Source: Candidatus Heimdallarchaeota archaeon (GTDB taxonomy: Archaea; Asgardarchaeota; Heimdallarchaeia; JABLTI01). From it: a DNA stretch of 26,377 bases. Below the pieces are notes generated by a model, which worked only from the letters and a program-made list of their open reading frames with translations, did no database searches and was not told where the DNA came from. The position numbers and the translations under genes were made by a program. This document shows positions 24,170 through 26,377 of the stretch, in pieces (position 1 is the stretch's first letter; each line of letters starts with the position of its first letter). The stretch spans positions 1-26,377 of the forward strand of contig JAUWKS010000045.1 of NCBI GenBank assembly GCA_030614005.1, in the 5' to 3' direction.

Positions 24170-25780
24170 TTATTCTGAATCTTTCTCTTCTATAGTTTTT
24201 TTCCTTTTAATGATTTTCGGAATAGTGGCAATAGATATACCTGCAGTAATTATTGGAATGCTTACCAATCCCAATATAACAAAAGGATTCATACCTTTGT
24301 CGGAATTTGAAGCTGGTTCCTTAATAAGTGACATCTCAAAAGTTAAGGAACAATTATAGTACTCCAAATCAATATAATATTCTTGAGTAGCAATAACAGG
24401 AGCTTTAAGGGAGAGAGAAATAGTCATTGTTTTATTCAGAAAAGCATCTAATGAAGCAGAAGTCTTATTCTCTATTGTAAATGGTATGTCAACATATTCT
24501 TTAGGGTTTAACTGAAAATTATTTGTAGAAAAATTAGTAATCGACAAATAATCAGCAATTGCTCCTTGGATGGTTAGAGACTGGGTTGAAATAGCATACC
24601 ATAAAGGACCAGTGTTGTTAACACGAAGAATAAATGGTTGTTGTTTATTAGTAACAATAAAACCACCAGAAGAAATATGACATTCAATTCTGGGATTACT
24701 TCTACCCAGTCTTGCCATAATAAGTGGAAATCGAGTTTTCGACCTATCCGCTCCAGGAGGAATATGGAGCCACTCGGAATCATCTGGGAGTGTTTCATGA
24801 AGGGACAAAGCAAGAGGTTTAAACGTAGCACAAACCTCAGCATATTTTTCAGGGAAAATATAAGACCATTTCATTAAACCATATATTCCACCAATCTGAT
24901 CATCAACACTCAAAGAGGAGTAATTTGCTAAAAAGCTGGAATAAAGACTGTTAAATTGAAGTAATAATTTATCAGAGTTATTGAGAGGGAAATCCAATAT
25001 GCGAAAAATAGTTCCTGCTCGAACGGTCTCAAAATTAGAAACACCAACTGTTGTATGTTCATGAGGAAGAAAATTATAACTTAAACTTTCTTGTATATGT
25101 TCTCCAACTTGCAATCGGTCAACAAAAGATTTAACAGCAGAAGTGTTTAAAGGTCGCTCACCAACAGCATTAAGAGCAAAAACTGCGTATAAAGTGCTTT
25201 CCAAATCAGAATAACTACTATCAGTAAGACTAGGAAAACCACCATCAGGCAATTGTTTATTCTTAATATTAGTGATCATTCGAGAAGAATTTACATCATC
25301 TAAACGACCAAGCAGTTTCAATGTAACCAAACCCCAACAATGAGCCCAAAGATTAGCATTATTAATTCGTTCTGTGGAAAAAATAGTTATCATTTTCTCG
25401 GTTGAGTCATTAATATAATCAAAACGAATGCCTTGAGGAACATCATCAAAGAACTTATTTTGACCACAAGCACTCAGCCAACGCAAATAAGTAGTAAAAG
25501 TTGCAATGCCAGCACGATAAGTTACAGGATCATTTAGTTGTAACAAATTTGAGTTAAAACCATGGGGTCCATACCAGAACCTAAGGTTCGTTTGACCGAA
25601 AATAGCATCTTGTAAGTCAAACTCTTGAGTATTTAGTTTTCTATCCATTGAAATAACAACCTCCGTTTCAGTTTTCCTCATTAAATTAATGGTTTTTACA
25701 CTATAAAAAGAACTAGCAATAACTAAGGTAATAGTAATTATTGCTGCTAATTTCTTAATAGGTAATTGATAATTGAACAT
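24170..25780 (-). CDS. Membrane-anchored surface protein with prenyltransferase-beta/squalene-cyclase-like repeats
   Basis: N-terminal signal/TM (LAAIITITLVIASSFYSV), repeat KNKQLPDGGF...DLESTLYAVFALNAVG, beta-rich C-terminal domain, C-terminal TM followed by KIIKRKK. Confidence 0.7.
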   Translation of the reverse strand: MFNYQLPIKKLAAIITITLVIASSFYSVKTINLMRKTETEVVISMDRKLNTQEFDLQDAIFGQTNLRFWYGPHGFNSNLLQLNDPVTYRAGIATFTTYLRWLSACGQNKFFDDVPQGIRFDYINDSTEKMITIFSTERINNANLWAHCWGLVTLKLLGRLDDVNSSRMITNIKNKQLPDGGFPSLTDSSYSDLESTLYAVFALNAVGERPLNTSAVKSFVDRLQVGEHIQESLSYNFLPHEHTTVGVSNFETVRAGTIFRILDFPLNNSDKLLLQFNSLYSSFLANYSSLSVDDQIGGIYGLMKWSYIFPEKYAEVCATFKPLALSLHETLPDDSEWLHIPPGADRSKTRFPLIMARLGRSNPRIECHISSGGFIVTNKQQPFILRVNNTGPLWYAISTQSLTIQGAIADYLSITNFSTNNFQLNPKEYVDIPFTIENKTSASLDAFLNKTMTISLSLKAPVIATQEYYIDLEYYNCSLTFEMSLIKEPASNSDKGMNPFVILGLVSIPIITAGISIATIPKIIKRKKTIEEKDSE

Positions 25781-25865
25781 ATTGATTCCTTGTAATTAGT
25801 TATCATACTTTTTAATGAATATTTTTCCCTCAAAAAGGGGAAAAAGTAATCCTAATGGTAACTTT

Positions 25866-26377
25866 CTAGTCACCATTTGTAGGATTACTATTTTGAATTT
25901 CATCTACAATGTCTTGCTCAGTTGAAGTCCATTTCTTTATGCCAATAATAATCAGATAGATCACAATAGCATAAATCATTACCGTAATGGTAATAGCAAA
26001 GGCAAGTATTAAGGATACTAGTGTACCAACACCAGGGCAGATAATTGTTCCACAAAGAATTAATGCGCCTATCCAAGTTAGATAGCCCATTATAATCCAA
26101 CCAAGTAAACTATCAAAAGGACCTGCAAAGTAACCTTTGGGTTCGAAATAATTACTGCTCCAGAACCAATTGAATGTTTGTGGACGAAGAGCATTATGGG
26201 CAAAATAATCAATATTAGCCCTAATATAGAAAAATTGGATGGCAATATCTCGATCACCGATGTCTGCTTCTAACCAAGGTTGTTCCATACTAGTTCGCCA
26301 GGTCGCTTCTGCACTACTTTCCCACCAGCAATCATAAGTTGCTTGTACACCTAAGCCAGCTACTAAGCTTTGGGCAA
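25866..26377 (-). CDS. C-terminal part of a membrane protein, 5'-truncated by the window edge
   Basis: The frame is open from ATG 26288 to the window end (AQSLVAGLGVQATYDCWWESSAEATWRTS-M). Long hydrophobic C-terminal region with 2-3 TM helices. Confidence 0.7.
   Translation of the reverse strand, partial: AQSLVAGLGVQATYDCWWESSAEATWRTSMEQPWLEADIGDRDIAIQFFYIRANIDYFAHNALRPQTFNWFWSSNYFEPKGYFAGPFDSLLGWIIMGYLTWIGALILCGTIICPGVGTLVSLILAFAITITVMIYAIVIYLIIIGIKKWTSTEQDIVDEIQNSNPTNGD

Noticed and set aside
24102-24359. 85-aa hydrophobic + strand ORF as a protein-coding gene
   Set aside because: Most of it is the antisense shadow of the neighbour's C-terminal TM helix. Mentioned only as an alternative in the orphan-promoter finding.
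3028-26100. About 30 short alternative-frame or antisense ORFs in the track (e.g. 4167..4439, 6070..6453, 8481..8801, 13823..14344, 15082..15465, 18977..19303)
   Set aside because: They lie inside or opposite well-supported genes, show typical shadow composition (S/F/L-rich) and carry no motifs.
1-26377. tRNA, rRNA, CRISPR arrays, transposases, integrases
   Set aside because: No T-loop or cloverleaf pattern, regularly spaced repeats or DDE/tyrosine-recombinase motifs were seen, and the intergenic gaps are short and AT-rich.

Overview
AT-rich (roughly one-third GC by eye), gene-dense chromosomal window from an Asgard archaeon, probably Heimdallarchaeia-like (class is inference). Archaeal markers are an archaeal/eukaryal-type LeuRS, ribosomal protein L35Ae (eL33) and BRE/TATA-like promoters. 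Eukaryotic signature genes are an MIT-AAA ATPase Vps4 followed by an ESCRT-II Vps25 homologue. About 21 CDS are supported. Housekeeping and metabolic genes: extended SDR, threonine aldolase, Lrp/AsnC-TRASH regulator, HAD phosphatase, M20 amidohydrolase, MazG-like pyrophosphohydrolase, glycerate 2-kinase, TrmO, LeuRS, PHP phosphoesterase. I found no tRNA, rRNA, CRISPR array or transposase. Best leads: (1) a multi-pass membrane protein with a C-terminal HEPN RxxxxH motif; (2) a membrane-anchored subtilase with Site-1 protease (MBTPS1)-like architecture, convergent on the Vps4-Vps25 pair; (3) two back-to-back genes with no ATG/GTG/TTG start that probably use ATT; (4) a Leu-Leu micro-ORF or possible +1 frameshift leader upstream of leuS; (5) Vps25 and eL33 with long Lys-rich N-terminal extensions; (6) a coiled-coil protein with a Vps28-CTD-like tail; (7) a twin-motif Cys-rich microprotein; (8) an orphan BRE-TATA promoter that may drive a small RNA. 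All family assignments come from motif recognition by eye, not from database searches.
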